A DNA stretch of 64,000 bases, from positions 32,001 through 96,000 of the forward strand of contig CAWGVG010000013.1 in NCBI GenBank assembly GCA_963825865.1, given 5' to 3'. The notes below the pieces were generated by a model. It saw nothing but the letters and a program-made list of their open reading frames with translations. It was not told the origin of the DNA and did not search any database. Source of the DNA: an uncultured Nitrososphaeraceae archaeon (GTDB lineage Archaea; Thermoproteota; Nitrososphaeria; Nitrososphaerales; Nitrososphaeraceae). The position numbers and the translations under genes were made by a program. The stretch's first letter is position 1. Every line of letters begins with the position of its first letter. This document shows positions 23,442-35,736 of the stretch, in pieces.

Positions 23442-24214
23442 TAATTTTTTATCTTAAAAGAACCAATATTGATCTGATAAAGATGACAAATAAAAAAAAG
23501 TATTTTATGAATAAGGGGAATTGATACATCAAAGGAATATTGATATTGATAGTAACGAAAGAACAACAAAGCGGTTAAGAAAAATAAGCAAGTTCAGAAA
23601 TACCTAAGAGCTGTTGCTCCTATTTCGATATTCTTAGTGTTATCAATCATTGTTAGCAATGTTTTGAATATGCTAACTATAATAGCTTAAACGGCTTGTT
23701 GTCTATCTGGAATCTTGCACTTGCTGTGATGGCATATTTACCCCATTTAGCTTTTTTTGAGTCTACATGTGCCACTATAGATGACTTTTCTACCTGTAAT
23801 TCAGATGTAATATATACAAAATGAGGATTAGGTCCTAGCTGAATTGGCCACCTGTTGAAGTGCTCTTGGAATTATACATGATAAGAAAAATGTAATTCAA
23901 TAGAGAAACGATTCTTACGTCTTAGAGCACTACTCAAAGAGTAAGAAAAAGATGAAATCATAACCATAGATGATAAAAAAGCACTCCTTGTTTTTTTATG
24001 CCACTTGACATATGTCCATCTCCTCTTGTGTTACTCTTGTTAATGTCCTTCAATAATATGATGATCCTATCTAGTTCCGTTTCCGAACAATGATATCATG
24101 TAATGCCTTATTTTCTTGCCTTAACTTCTCAAGATAGAAAAAAAGTGATTAAGAGATTTATCCATAGTCCTCTCTAATAGAATGTGACCGTATTTATGAA
24201 ATCTCGGTTAAATT

Positions 24215-24233
24215 ATATATATATATATATATG
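24215..24233. repeat. (TA)n microsatellite
   Basis: tatatatatatatatatat. Confidence 0.9.
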
Positions 24234-24323
24234 CAGTATCGTTCGATTCGCTATCCGTATACCAGAATTAAATTATTAATTACGTTTTTCCAGCGATACA
24301 TTTTGTTCAAAAATATAAAGGGC

Positions 24324-24740
24324 TTACATTTTCATTTTTTCAGTAGAGAGCCTTGTTTTTTCTTTCTCATCAAGAGGATATGTATCTGTTATCATTTGGT
24401 TTATTTTATGTAAATGCGTCGCAAAATTCATCAAGACCTCAATCTTTGTCTTCGGATTATTCGCAAAATTAAACACGTTATCTATGAATTCAGCGACTGG
24501 AATTGTTTCTTCCCCGAGTACTTCAATTCCTTTGCTTGTAAGTAAATACGACTTTGCAGACGGACCTGCTTGGATACCATTCAGGAAATAAATTTGTGGT
24601 TCTATCATAAATGAACTAGCTTTGATATAGTATTCCTTAACTATCTCAACTTCGTATGCGATTTCCCGTTCGATTGCGCTAATTTTATTAGTTAATCTAT
24701 TTATCCGTTGTAGGTAATCACCGTTTTCCACAAAATCCAA
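24324..24740 (-). CDS. Hypothetical protein
   Basis: 138 aa ORF directly downstream of the PadR gene, same strand. Confidence 0.65.
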   Translation of the reverse strand: MDFVENGDYLQRINRLTNKISAIEREIAYEVEIVKEYYIKASSFMIEPQIYFLNGIQAGPSAKSYLLTSKGIEVLGEETIPVAEFIDNVFNFANNPKTKIEVLMNFATHLHKINQMITDTYPLDEKEKTRLSTEKMKM

Positions 24741-24783
24741 AGGGAATACTCCTTTATAATATTTTTATTATTATTTGTTATTG

Positions 24784-25287
24784 TCATTCGATTTTTATTT
24801 TCTCTGTGCTTTTCTTCTGCTCATCTAATTTTCTCGATTCATCCAGCAAGAATTGTCTGTACTTGTTTCGCTCGTCTTCTGTCATTCTGTCAAGATTCGA
24901 GCTAAGTGTAGAGCCTATCGTCGATACTCTATCAATAAGATCCTTTGCCATGAATCTACCTATATTGCCTACCCTAAGCATTACGTCAAATTGTTTTTGC
25001 AGGATATTATGAACAGAATCTATGTCTGCAGCAATATCGAGCCCTTTTCTCGTAATATGGTACCTGCCATTATCTGTTTCTGTTATTAATCCTTCTTCAA
25101 GCAACCTGCCTAGCAAGGGATAAATGAGCCCTGGTGATGGCCTCCATTTACCATCGCTCTGGAGAATGGCCTTATCAATAATCTCTTTGCCTGTCATGGG
25201 CTGTTCCTTGAGCAATCCCAAGATATAATGCCGAGAAAAGCCCCTTGGTATCGCACTTCCTACTCTTGATAACCAGTCTGACAACAT
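24784..25287 (-). CDS. PadR-family transcriptional regulator
   Basis: PRGFSRHYILGLL...WRPSPGLIYPLLGRLLEEGLI...YHITRKG. Confidence 0.92.
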   Translation of the reverse strand: MLSDWLSRVGSAIPRGFSRHYILGLLKEQPMTGKEIIDKAILQSDGKWRPSPGLIYPLLGRLLEEGLITETDNGRYHITRKGLDIAADIDSVHNILQKQFDVMLRVGNIGRFMAKDLIDRVSTIGSTLSSNLDRMTEDERNKYRQFLLDESRKLDEQKKSTEKIKIE

Positions 25288-25561
25288 ATCACTAGTAATA
25301 TCACTAGAGATATATAAGTTTTTTCTCTAATAAGTTCTGCTGCACAATCGGCTGGTTTCGATACCCGCTGCAATTCTAATTTCACAACGATGATAATGAT
25401 CTATATTGTAGTTGTCGACTATATCTGGATTTACCTTCTCGATATTTGCTACCATTGTTTTAAATAAATCTAGCAGTGCGGCAGCAGCTGCCATCTAATA
25501 CTGTAATGGATGACATAAGCAACTGATAGAGAAACTAACAAATTGGTCACATGTTGGTAAT

Positions 25562-25820
25562 AGTAAACATGTTTACATTTTGTAAACATTTGTATTACTT
25601 TTGGAGTAAAAGTAATACGGGGCGATTTGTTTTTAATTTTTCCAACAAAAAGGCTGGAAAATGCCTTGGAAAAGCCATTGGAATTGGAAAAACTGTCCTG
25701 GAATAATGACTTAATGGTACAATGAGGTAAATACTAATTGGAAAACTTTTCCAAGGACTTTCCGAGATAATTTTCCATCATAATGACTTGATTCCAACCC
25801 TCTAAACCAGTTTTTCCGGG
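25562..25820. promoter_or_regulatory. Palindrome-rich array of TGGAA/TTCC motifs (putative operator or iteron-like array)
   Basis: TGGAA at 25655, 25667, 25679, 25685, 25699 and 25739; TTCC at 25640, 25749, 25760, 25773, 25792 and 25814; perfect TTGGAAAA-C-TTTTCCAA at 25738-25754. Confidence 0.5.
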
Positions 25821-25904
25821 ACAAAATAGAACATTTTTCGTCTTAGAACAACAACAAAAGATGGTCAATGAAATGCGGCCATCTGCTCAACCAGGGACAC
25901 CTCA

Positions 25905-26117
25905 ATGAGTCAAAACCCGGCTGATAGTGTAGTTAAAAAAGTAGCTTTACTCAAGGAACTAACTGATAACCCCGACTCAAAAGTAACTGATATTGCAAAG
26001 GAGGTAGGAATTAGCAAGTCCACAGCTTACACTATTTTACAAGAGTTTTCAAAAGCATTCGGTATGAGCCCAATATCTTACCATTATATATATATATTGA
26101 TATATAATGGGGTTTAG
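25905..26117 (+). CDS. Small HTH protein
   Basis: [34 protein letters not shown]. Confidence 0.7.
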   Translation: MSQNPADSVVKKVALLKELTDNPDSKVTDIAKEVGISKSTAYTILQEFSKAFGMSPISYHYIYILIYNGV

Positions 26118-26609
26118 GTTTGTTTATCTCAAAAAGCATTGTAGAAGCTCTTGTTGGAAGAATATGGGCGGAGAATAACAAAGGAGCTACTTTTTACTTT
26201 AGCCTTCCATTAAGCATAGACATACCTGATACAATAACTAAGACTGATTTTTTCGTTTTATAAGTTCGAATTCTACACCAGGGTATCTAAAATGGTCACC
26301 GATTTTGGACCTATGTCTACTTTGGCGGCGTTGGCGGTTTGATGGTCAGTAAAAAGCTCGACCATAGGCTCAAAGCCTTAAATCGAATTTAGTTCTATAA
26401 GTATGCATGAAGTACACAAAAAGCAGTTAAAGAATAGTCGGCAACCATGCCGAAGATATTGCATGGAAAATCACCAGGCAAAACAATCAATAATGAGGTG
26501 TAATCATAATTATCTATACGACTAACTAAGGATTAAGTTTTTTTTAGCCTAAGCCTATATAAAATATGGAATGCAGTTTACGAGGTTCATGAATTAATCA
26601 CGTGCAACA

Positions 26610-27806
26610 TCAATGTATAGATCCCCTTCTGGGTATAGCACCTTTTAATGTTGGTAATTCCCCTTTATCATGAGCTAATGTCTTTCTACCGAGTGGAATT
26701 ATAGGTTCATCTCTGAGTATTTTTATTATCTTTTCAGCTGAATACCCATCACCATATGGACAATTACCATAGGGTACATCTGTCTTTTGTATTTTTTGAA
26801 TTGAATCAATAATTTGATTGCGGCTTAATTTGCACAATAAAACATGACCTGAACTAACTGATTCTGGTCTTTCTGTCGAGTCGCGTAAAACTAATGCCCG
26901 TTTATTTATGTATGGGGACGTTATCTCTTCTTGCAGTCCTCCTGAATCTGTAATTACAAATTTGCAGAGTTTAAGAAGCCTTAAGAAATCAAAGTAGCCC
27001 ACTGGTTCTATTACCTTAATGTTCTTTGTTAACAAATATTCAAGCCCAAATTCATGTATTCGCTTCACAGTGCGCGGATGCATTGGGCATACATAATCTA
27101 TATTAGTAAAAGAGAGAGCGCTCATTATATGCTTTAAGACAGATTTGTCATCTACATTCTCTTCTCTATGTAAAGTTAAAAGAACAAAATTATTAACAAC
27201 AGATTTTATATTATTGTAGTTCAGTATGTTATCAGATTCTCCCGTGGGATATTGTTCTGATACTGATTTTATACATAATCTTACTGCGTCGATAACTGTA
27301 TTTCCCACGGTATGTATACGACCAGCCACTCGTTCATCGCTAATATTTTTGCAGATTCTGTCGTTGGTGTAAATAGTAAATCTGAAATATGATCAACCAA
27401 TCTACGATTATACTCTTCAGGCATCCTCCAGTCATTGCTTCTTAGACCGGCCTCCACATGTATGAGTGGAATTTTGCATTTCACCGCTGCCTATTGCAGC
27501 GGAAGCAACACTATTGGTATCTCCTTCTACCATGACAGCAGTTGGCATTATTTCTTCAAAGACAGTCCCAATTTTTGTTATAATTTCCGAAAACTGATGA
27601 ACTGTGCCTGAGGGAGCTGTTAGTCTGATATTATAATGGGGCTGAGGCAATTGAAAATCTTTAAGAAATTTTAAAAAAAGATCGTAATCGTGATGTTGGC
27701 CAGTATGAACAAGTTTGTAGTCAATACCCTCTAAATCAAACAACCTAACAATCGGAAACGTTTTTACTATCTCCGGCCTTGTACCGGTAACTATAACAAA
27801 TGTCAT
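26610..27806 (-). CDS. wecB: UDP-N-acetylglucosamine 2-epimerase (non-hydrolysing), copy 1, frameshifted
   Basis: [53 protein letters not shown]. Confidence 0.93.
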
Positions 27807-28176
27807 TATTCCGCATCAACGCTCGTATATAAAATACCATAAAGTATAAAAATATAAACTTTTTTTAATAAACATTATGAATCATCGACTTATATTTTTT
27901 TATAATACATGCATAAATATAAAATAACTTGCACATAAAATCTCCACCCTACCAAAGTCCCTGCTGATTTTCTATTCATAGTTTTGAGCAAAGGAATACT
28001 TTGACTATTCTCACTCTCTGTGAGCCGATCATGACGTATATGATGATTTACTATATCATCATTGCTATAACATTGAAAATATTAATCACTCATAATAACA
28101 ACAACATCTTAATGCGTGAACAAAAATAGATGATGCCAGAAAGACGGAAAAGAAGATATATGATTATTAATTTATA

Positions 28177-28625
28177 TCAATATGTTAGCTCGCCATTTAA
28201 AACATAGGCTGGCTTAGACACAAAGAATGATGATGAAATTATTTCTCTATATACCTCAGCTGTTTGTGGTGAAGAATTCAATCTCAAATCTATTGTACCA
28301 AGTTTATCATCTGTGAATTTTTCATCCCAATAGCTTATAGCTTTAATTCTTGCGTATCTTCCACTTTCAATTGAATGCAATGCATCCTTTATCCATTGAG
28401 TTTTATTTCCTTGTTGTGGGTCTTCCAATGTTCCAAACTCAAATACAGCCAGAGGTTTTGTCTTAGAAATTCAGCAAGTTCCTGGTAAACGGTATCAAGT
28501 ATTTGGGAGAAAGACTTCCATTCGGTATATGGTTGGTCTGCGCCATAAATACTAATCCCTATCCAATCAATATAATTATCTCCGGCATAGTAGTTCCTTA
28601 TGTTGTTCCAACTCTGCTGAAGCTC
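28177..28625 (-). pseudogene. GH26-like glycoside hydrolase, C-terminal fragment
   Basis: YYAGDNYIDWIGISIYG...KPLAVFEFG...IKAISYWDE; closely resembles the 3' part of 42400-43650; N-terminal half absent. Confidence 0.8.
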
Positions 28626-28864
28626 TATCCAATAATCTTTCATATTTTTCATCTTCTATTCCGATGAAAACTAACTATTTTACTGTACAGTAATTCTACT
28701 TTAACATTATTTTAACATTTTCTTTTGATAAAAAAAATTGAAACACCGTAACTCTTCTTCAAGAAAACCTAGTTTTAAAAAGGTAGACCAACAATCATTG
28801 CCATTATCGTTTGTTTTCGGTATGGTTCATCGTTTGCTTTATTTACATAACTTGTGAAAATGGT

Positions 28865-28892
28865 CCAGATCCAGTGAAATAAGCAATCACGA
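28865..28892 (+). repeat. 28 bp exact direct repeat, copy 1
   Basis: ccagatccagtgaaataagcaatcacga, identical to 46121-46148. Confidence 0.9.
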
Positions 28893-28909
28893 CGTTATAT
28901 TATTATTAT

Positions 28910-31860
28910 TCACCGCAGTCGATTATTTGTTATTGTTGTTCTGTCCGATCCAAGTGTAGGCTCTATTTTATATATCACTCCTTCTTCCTCAAACGGCAGC
29001 TGCCATTTCTTTATTTTGATGATAACCTTTGAGTGAAAGAACGTAAAGATAACCATCAGGCCCTACATCGATGTCAGTAATATTACCAAACCCTGCAGCA
29101 AAGACTAATTGTTTGTTCTCATGCATATCATCTGCAATTTTATCTGCAAGCGGTCCGCTAAGCAAGAACTCTGTTCTATTTTGATTTAGCTTAAAATCAT
29201 AAATATTTCCATTATTGAAATCTCCTATAAACATGTCATTTTCATATCGTTTTCCCAATTTATCGGAGCTAAAGAACTTCAGAGATGTTGGCATAATTGG
29301 CTTATACCATATAAATTCAGGAGCACGGTATTTTCCTCTTCCATCAAAATCTACCAAATTATCAGGATGTAATGTGATGTTTCCTGGTCTTGAGAAATTT
29401 ACTGTCTTCCAAATACCCTGAATCTGACTCCATCCGCTATTAAATCCAGGCTCAACAAGGTTTACCTCATCCCCGTATGTAGGACCAATTTCCGTGTCCC
29501 ATAGTTTTTTGGTTAAAGGATCAAAGTCCATACCAAAACTATTTCGTATTCCATATGCATAATAATATTTATTCATAGGGTCTTTGTTTTCACCAACAAT
29601 ACTGTTTACTGCTTGACCATCTTGTGTTAATCTCAGTATTCCACTACTACCATCTGGAACCAGTCCGCCCTTTACATTTTGAGCTTGAGTTGTATGACCA
29701 TCAAGATCTCCAATAACAGTATACACGTTACCATCAGGTCCGATAAATACTCTACCACCATTATTTGTTGGGCCAGGAGAAGCAGGAAGGTTTAGTAAGA
29801 GTTTAGGGTTTACAAGTTTGTTGTTAATTAGTTCGTATCTGTAAAGGCGATTATTCAATGAATTTTGTGCATTTTCTACAGGGTTAGTCGTATTACCTTT
29901 TGATACATATTCAGTATAATAAAGAAAGACGTATGTTTTTCCGATTTCCTTGTGATTTGCAACAGCGATCCCTAGCAATCCTCTTTCGCCGTCGTTTGAA
30001 ATGTTAACGTGAAGAAGAGGCTCTTGCAAGATCGTGCCATTTACTATTCTTTTCACATTGCCTTCATTTTTCTCCAATACAAGAAGATCGTTTGGACTCA
30101 GAAATGCCATACTCGTAGGGAACTTGAGTACCCCGTTGACTATTACTGGCTTTGCCTCAAAGTCACCTCTTTTCAAGATATCGTAATGTTCATTTTCGTA
30201 AATAACATGATATGACTGCCTTAAAACACCATTCCCAACAGGCTGCCACATAGTAAGTAAATCATCTATTTTGGATTGCCATTGTCCCCAAATAAGATAC
30301 GTTGGATCTTCTTTGTCTTCTTGTGTTGATGACCTATCTAAAACAATATAGTCTGCATATACCCAAGGATTGGCTTGAGATGTATTCCAGTATTTTCCAC
30401 TTCCTATATCAATAAAGTTCTTTAGCGGTATACCACTTTCAAACATTATTTCCTGACCATGCTGTGTTCCAGTGAAAAGTAAGATATTGCCCTCGGTATA
30501 CAATTTCTTCAGGTCCCTGCCCGTATCAAGTGCTATTTGATCGCTCCTTAAGAAAGATGTCGTAGAGTCAGCATCATGTAAAGCAACAATTTTTCCTATA
30601 TCGAAAATCTGGGGTCCAACCATAAATACCCATGACGCAATCACGAACCCGATAAAGGGTATAGTTAAAACCGTTCTTCTTGTTCTTTTTGCAATAAAAA
30701 TTACAACTGAAACACAAGTAAATGCAAAGAATGGTGCCATAAATACAAGGTACCGACCATTAGACCATCCTCCGCTTTTATCTGGAAGAATCTCTTGATA
30801 CCCCAGGCAGCATGGCTGTAAAGTCACTTAGCGTTGGAACAATTAGCATAGCTAGCAATAATAAACTAAATGGTAGCATCTTTCTATACATATAAAAATA
30901 CAACGAGATCCCTACAACGGAAAGAATTAACACAGGTATACCATACATTGCTTTGGATACATCAAATATTATTGATAATGAGCCAACAGGGTTAAGATAT
31001 AGGTGGTTGCTAAATGGCACCAAGGATGTTTGTACTTTTGCAGAATACGGACCAGTTGCAAAGTACAAAGGATCTTTTTGCACTAAAAAATTCCATACTG
31101 TCCACATAATTATACCTGCAAAGCTATATGGAACAGCAGCAACTATTATTGCCCGAATTCTGTACCTCAATGCCTTTCTACTTGATGTTACTAGAATAAC
31201 TAATAATATGAAGACGAGTGCAAAAGGTAGGACCCACCCCTCATAGCCTGTCAGAGTAGCTGCCGATATGGCAAACGCAGATTTAATTATGCTTCTGTAT
31301 TGTTTCCAAATATCAGTATCGTATCTATTATAATTATTATACCACTGCTGAATATAATAAACAGAGAGTATAAAAAACATCATAAATGGCGATTCCATCA
31401 TAGGAACAACGCCAATATAGATGACAGATGGATTAATGAGAAAAAGACAAGAAGATAGAATTCCCGCTAATGCAGAATCAAATTGTATTTTTGTAATTCT
31501 AAATAATACGACAGCCGTTACTGCTGTTGACATTGTGCTTACAATGGTGCCTGCCATTCCGCTATGGAATAGAAATTCATTAGTTACAAATGGTAAGAGC
31601 AACAAGTGAGTTATTGGTGGCCATACTGATCCAAGCTGCCCAAGACCAGGAGTTATTGAATCAAAGATCTCCCTAGCTATTACCAAATGAGATATGGCAT
31701 CGCTGTAATCTATTAGAGAATTTGGATTATGTCGTAATGTCATATATGAAAATAATGCACTGGTTAATATTGCTGCAGAAATAATGAATATTTCTAAATG
31801 TACTTTTGAATAGTCTCTATGATTTGAAAACATATTGCGAATTTTCTTAATAGTTGCCAT
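28910..31860 (-). CDS. GT-C (PMT/GT39-like) membrane glycosyltransferase fused to a PQQ-dependent sugar dehydrogenase (frameshifts near 30810 and 29000)
   Basis: YSDAISHLVIAR, QLGSVWPP, PMMES, GYEGW, NGRY and many TMs; then within one ORF FPTSMAF, GERGLLGIA, NNGG, YAYGIRNSFGMDFDP, GDEVN..PG.N.GW, VGPDGYLYV. Confidence 0.85.
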
Positions 31861-31864
31861 TCTA

Positions 31865-33268
31865 TTAGGTTTGATTTTTCATTTCGATAGAGAATCCATG
31901 GTATGTCTTGCTCCAGACTTTTGGTCTAAAAAATAATTCAAAAATAGCAATTGTAGAAGGAATACTCTGTAATGATAGATAGAATGGCATCAAGTAGGCA
32001 AACTTTACCTTCTGTAGGGCGTATTTATCACCTTGTCTAAATAATGCTTCCTGTGCCATAATTGGAGTATATAATATACCGAAAATAAAGGTCAATAACG
32101 ATGAATAAAAGATTACACTATTACTTTCGTAGGCTTCCTGAATCCAACCTGCCAAAGGCATAGTCGATATTATTCCAAAATAGTTTAGCCAAAATGATAC
32201 GAATAAGAGCCATCCGGGTATAGAAACAAAGTACGTGACAGGTGAAAAGAGAAGATAGAAAAGAAACATTGTTGCGCTATAGCCAATGTCTCTGACAAGT
32301 TTTAATGGATTCTTAAAATGTACACCAAGTGTGTAAAGATAGCCCTTATTCCATCTTGTCCGCTGTCTTATCCAGGGATAAATCTTTGGTGGTGCTTCTT
32401 CCCAAGTTACTGTATTAATTGGAACCACCTTGTAACCCATTCTAGATAAACGAACGCCCATGTCTGCATCCTCAGTAACATTGTCCGTCTTCCAGCCATT
32501 CAAACTCTTCAATACATCGATGCGAAAAAAGTTGCTCGTTCCACCTAATAATATAACTTTATTCATAAAATAAAGCGATGGCAACAGTAAAAGATAATGC
32601 TGGATATATTCAATACTAAAGAGTTTGGTAATTATTGATTGATCAGGATTGTAATAAGCTAAACGAGCTTGTACACAGGCTACATCTGGGTGTTTTAACA
32701 TATATGTAGCCATCTTTCTTAACTGCTTCGGGTCCGGTCTGTCTTCAGCATCATAAATGGTGACAATATCGCCTTTTGCCTTGGCTAAGCCTTGGTTAAG
32801 TGAATTGGCCTTGGTTCGTGCCCCAGGTGGATTTAAGTATATATAATCAATATGTATTTCGATTTCTTCCCAAACTCTAATAGATGTAGGAAGGCCATAG
32901 ATATTGTATACAATGCCGTTTACGATACCGGATTTATCTGGTAGTGACATTATAGTTTTCAAAGTAGGATAGTCGTCAGATTCAACCAATATTCTGATGT
33001 CTAGCTTACCCTTGGGATAATGTGAGTTAGCTATACTTTTTATTAAACTTGGAAGAGTTAACTCTTCTCTATAGACCGGTAGCAGTACAGATATCAGAGG
33101 TAATTCAAAATCCGGTATCTGATCTGCTTCGATATCCAATACTTCATATATCTTTGTATTTTTTCCAAATACTCTAATTGTTAGATATACTAACAACAAG
33201 TCTGTAAACACAAATATACTCATAGCAAAACCAGCATAAATTAATATAACCATACTGGCAGGACTCAA
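31865..33268 (-). CDS. Processive GT2 glycosyltransferase (cellulose-synthase-like/NfrB-like)
   Basis: LLPVYRE, RTKANSLN, YDAED, GTSN, TEDADMG, EEAP, QRTRW (QxxRW), flanking TMs, WSKTYHG. Confidence 0.92.
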   Translation of the reverse strand: MSPASMVILIYAGFAMSIFVFTDLLLVYLTIRVFGKNTKIYEVLDIEADQIPDFELPLISVLLPVYREELTLPSLIKSIANSHYPKGKLDIRILVESDDYPTLKTIMSLPDKSGIVNGIVYNIYGLPTSIRVWEEIEIHIDYIYLNPPGARTKANSLNQGLAKAKGDIVTIYDAEDRPDPKQLRKMATYMLKHPDVACVQARLAYYNPDQSIITKLFSIEYIQHYLLLLPSLYFMNKVILLGGTSNFFRIDVLKSLNGWKTDNVTEDADMGVRLSRMGYKVVPINTVTWEEAPPKIYPWIRQRTRWNKGYLYTLGVHFKNPLKLVRDIGYSATMFLFYLLFSPVTYFVSIPGWLLFVSFWLNYFGIISTMPLAGWIQEAYESNSVIFYSSLLTFIFGILYTPIMAQEALFRQGDKYALQKVKFAYLMPFYLSLQSIPSTIAIFELFFRPKVWSKTYHGFSIEMKNQT

Positions 33269-35221
33269 ATAGAATAACCGCCCTTCTTTGCGACTAATTC
33301 TACTTCGTTTATCATTTCATAGTCAGTCTTGTAGTATACCGAGGACGAAAATAATAACAATTGCATGACCCTTATTCTCTAATTTAGCAGAGTACTTTTT
33401 CCCGTCTCGTTAATAAGTATAATGTAACATTGTTTGGTGAGCCAAAAAACAACTTTGTTTAGAAAATTTGGGCTAGTATGTTTGTTTCTAATACGAAGAT
33501 ATCGTAATATGGATGATTATTTCCAGTCTTATATTCTGTCCCATCAAACTTATGGAATCTGCGGCAGTAAAGTTCATTGAAAGGTCATCCTACATGTCAA
33601 TGTTCTGAGCTTCTGTATGAAATTTATGAATTCGCTTTATAGACTCTTCATAGTCAATGTAGGACTTAACTTTATTCATGTGTATACATATACGAACGTA
33701 TACGAAGACATATAACCATATACATACGTATGGTTTGTGTCTGTAAGTGAGAGTGATAGAACGGAACAGTCAGATGTACAAAAGAAGTCTCTACACAAGG
33801 AAAGGTTAGTAGCGTATAGACGTATGGTAGAGAATTCAGCCCCAAATGAAAGATCAAGTCAAAAGCAATTGAAGGTCAAGACCACATGAAGTCAATATAA
33901 GGAGACAATGGAATGAATGGCGAATTGCTGAAGTGGATTTTTACAAAACTTTCGAATATCACTTGATATGGTATTCTGGAACTACAACAGCCTCTATATG
34001 TTCCCATTTTTACATAATCGTTATCAAATAGTCTCAAACATGCTGCTGTCTTTAGAAAGTCTTTGTTACTGTCTTATTATCATCTGATACCATACAAACC
34101 AACTATAAAAGAATTGCAGCAAGTGATTTATTGTTCACCAGTGGGGAGATATAACAATGGTTCAGATGTTTACAAAAGTAGGAACAAGATTCCAGACCCA
34201 GATAAGCCAGGATGGTTGAAGTATGATTATAGTCATTAGGTTTCTGATCCTGACAATCCAGGGAAGTTAAAATATGACGATTGTTTGGGTCCAAGTGAAT
34301 ATCAGAAACTACTAGAGCAGGAGGCAAAGAAGCGTCAAGATATTATGATATAGATCATAAAGTCAAGGGGTGTAACTTATAGTAAAGACGATCTTGCTGA
34401 TGGTATTGCAAAAACACTACAGATACGTAAAGCGTTCGATGACCGGTTAGACGAGCAAATTAGACCCTATATGAAACGGACGAAGAAGAAGAACCAGGCA
34501 GACAGGACAAGGATGATGCTGTTGTTGTTGCTTCTGCTTCTAACTGACTGACCAAGAAGAGTAACAAAAACCAAGCAGAATAGATACTTGCAGGTGGATA
34601 TATCTATATATCTAACAATAACATGACATTTTGTAAAGCTGTTACTGTCTTACCACAATGATATGCTTGTTACCATTTATTTGCTTTCAAATAGTCCTTA
34701 TCAAAAATGAGAACGTTAAAGATTTAGAAAATACAAGTTTAAAAAAGAAGTTGGCAAATGCTTACAGAATCATTTTACCATAGCTATCAGCCGGATATTC
34801 AGTTTGTATAGAAATATCACCACATAGCTAATAGAGTTGTTCCAAAGCCGAAAAGGTGGGAACTATTGCTAGTCAGGATACATCAAAGCTTACTTAGATT
34901 TTGCAAATTCACCTGTACGTGTTAGCATATTTCTGTAGTCGCAATTTCGCTCCTATGTTAGTTTGTTTCAACGAATCTTCGATGCTTTATATGGAGCATC
35001 AGTTTAATCTTGCCGGTTTCTACAAATGTACCTTTTTTTAGATATCATTGTATGTACTCACTCAGTGTTTCAGTCCTTTGTCTTTCTTAGGCAGTTTCTA
35101 GCTGTGAAAAGAAAGATATCTATATCTATCTGCATTCATTATGAACGCCGTTTCGTATTTTTTAATATACAGAGGGCTGTGAATAATTAGCCCTGGAAGC
35201 ATTTCACACACTTTGTGCAGT

Positions 35222-35641
35222 TCACCAACGTACATTCTCGTCTCTTGATTTGCGATTGCTCTTGGAAACAATACTTTCTATCGTAGAATGAAGGTAGTTT
35301 ATGCCAAGGTTGAAGAAAAACTCACCGGGTCCTTCCTCTACCGTTTTTTCAAATTCTTGTTGGAGTCTTTCCAGAAGGTTTAATGTGATAGTAAGATTCT
35401 TCATGGTTTTTTCTTTATCTCTAGCGGCGATGGTTATCTTGAGTTCCTTATGTACAGATTCAAGTTCAGATCTTGTTGTCTTGATGTTTTCGTAGGCCTC
35501 TTTATCCTTCTGCTCAACTTTGTCAGACTCATCATTGATTTCTTCTTCCATGATTGCCAGCACACGATCGACAAAGTTGTTGAACTCACCATAATCATGA
35601 AGCATCTTCTTGCAAGAATTGATCGTATGAGAAGTGAACAT
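35222..35641 (-). CDS. Helical hypothetical protein
   Basis: 139 aa charged ORF. Confidence 0.5.
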   Translation of the reverse strand: MFTSHTINSCKKMLHDYGEFNNFVDRVLAIMEEEINDESDKVEQKDKEAYENIKTTRSELESVHKELKITIAARDKEKTMKNLTITLNLLERLQQEFEKTVEEGPGEFFFNLGINYLHSTIESIVSKSNRKSRDENVRW

Positions 35642-35736
35642 CTGACTTACAAATAGCGACCTTATTTTAAGACGTTTTGTGCTGGCTTAGCGATTTACTT
35701 ACTCTGACAATTTTATAAAATCAGAACACTGAATAA

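Noticed and set aside
25630-25820. Chromosomal replication origin (ORB boxes) or CRISPR array
   Set aside because: Only TTCC/TGGAA half-sites, no full ORB with G-string, no orc1/cdc6 nearby; units are far too short and irregular for repeat-spacer structure.
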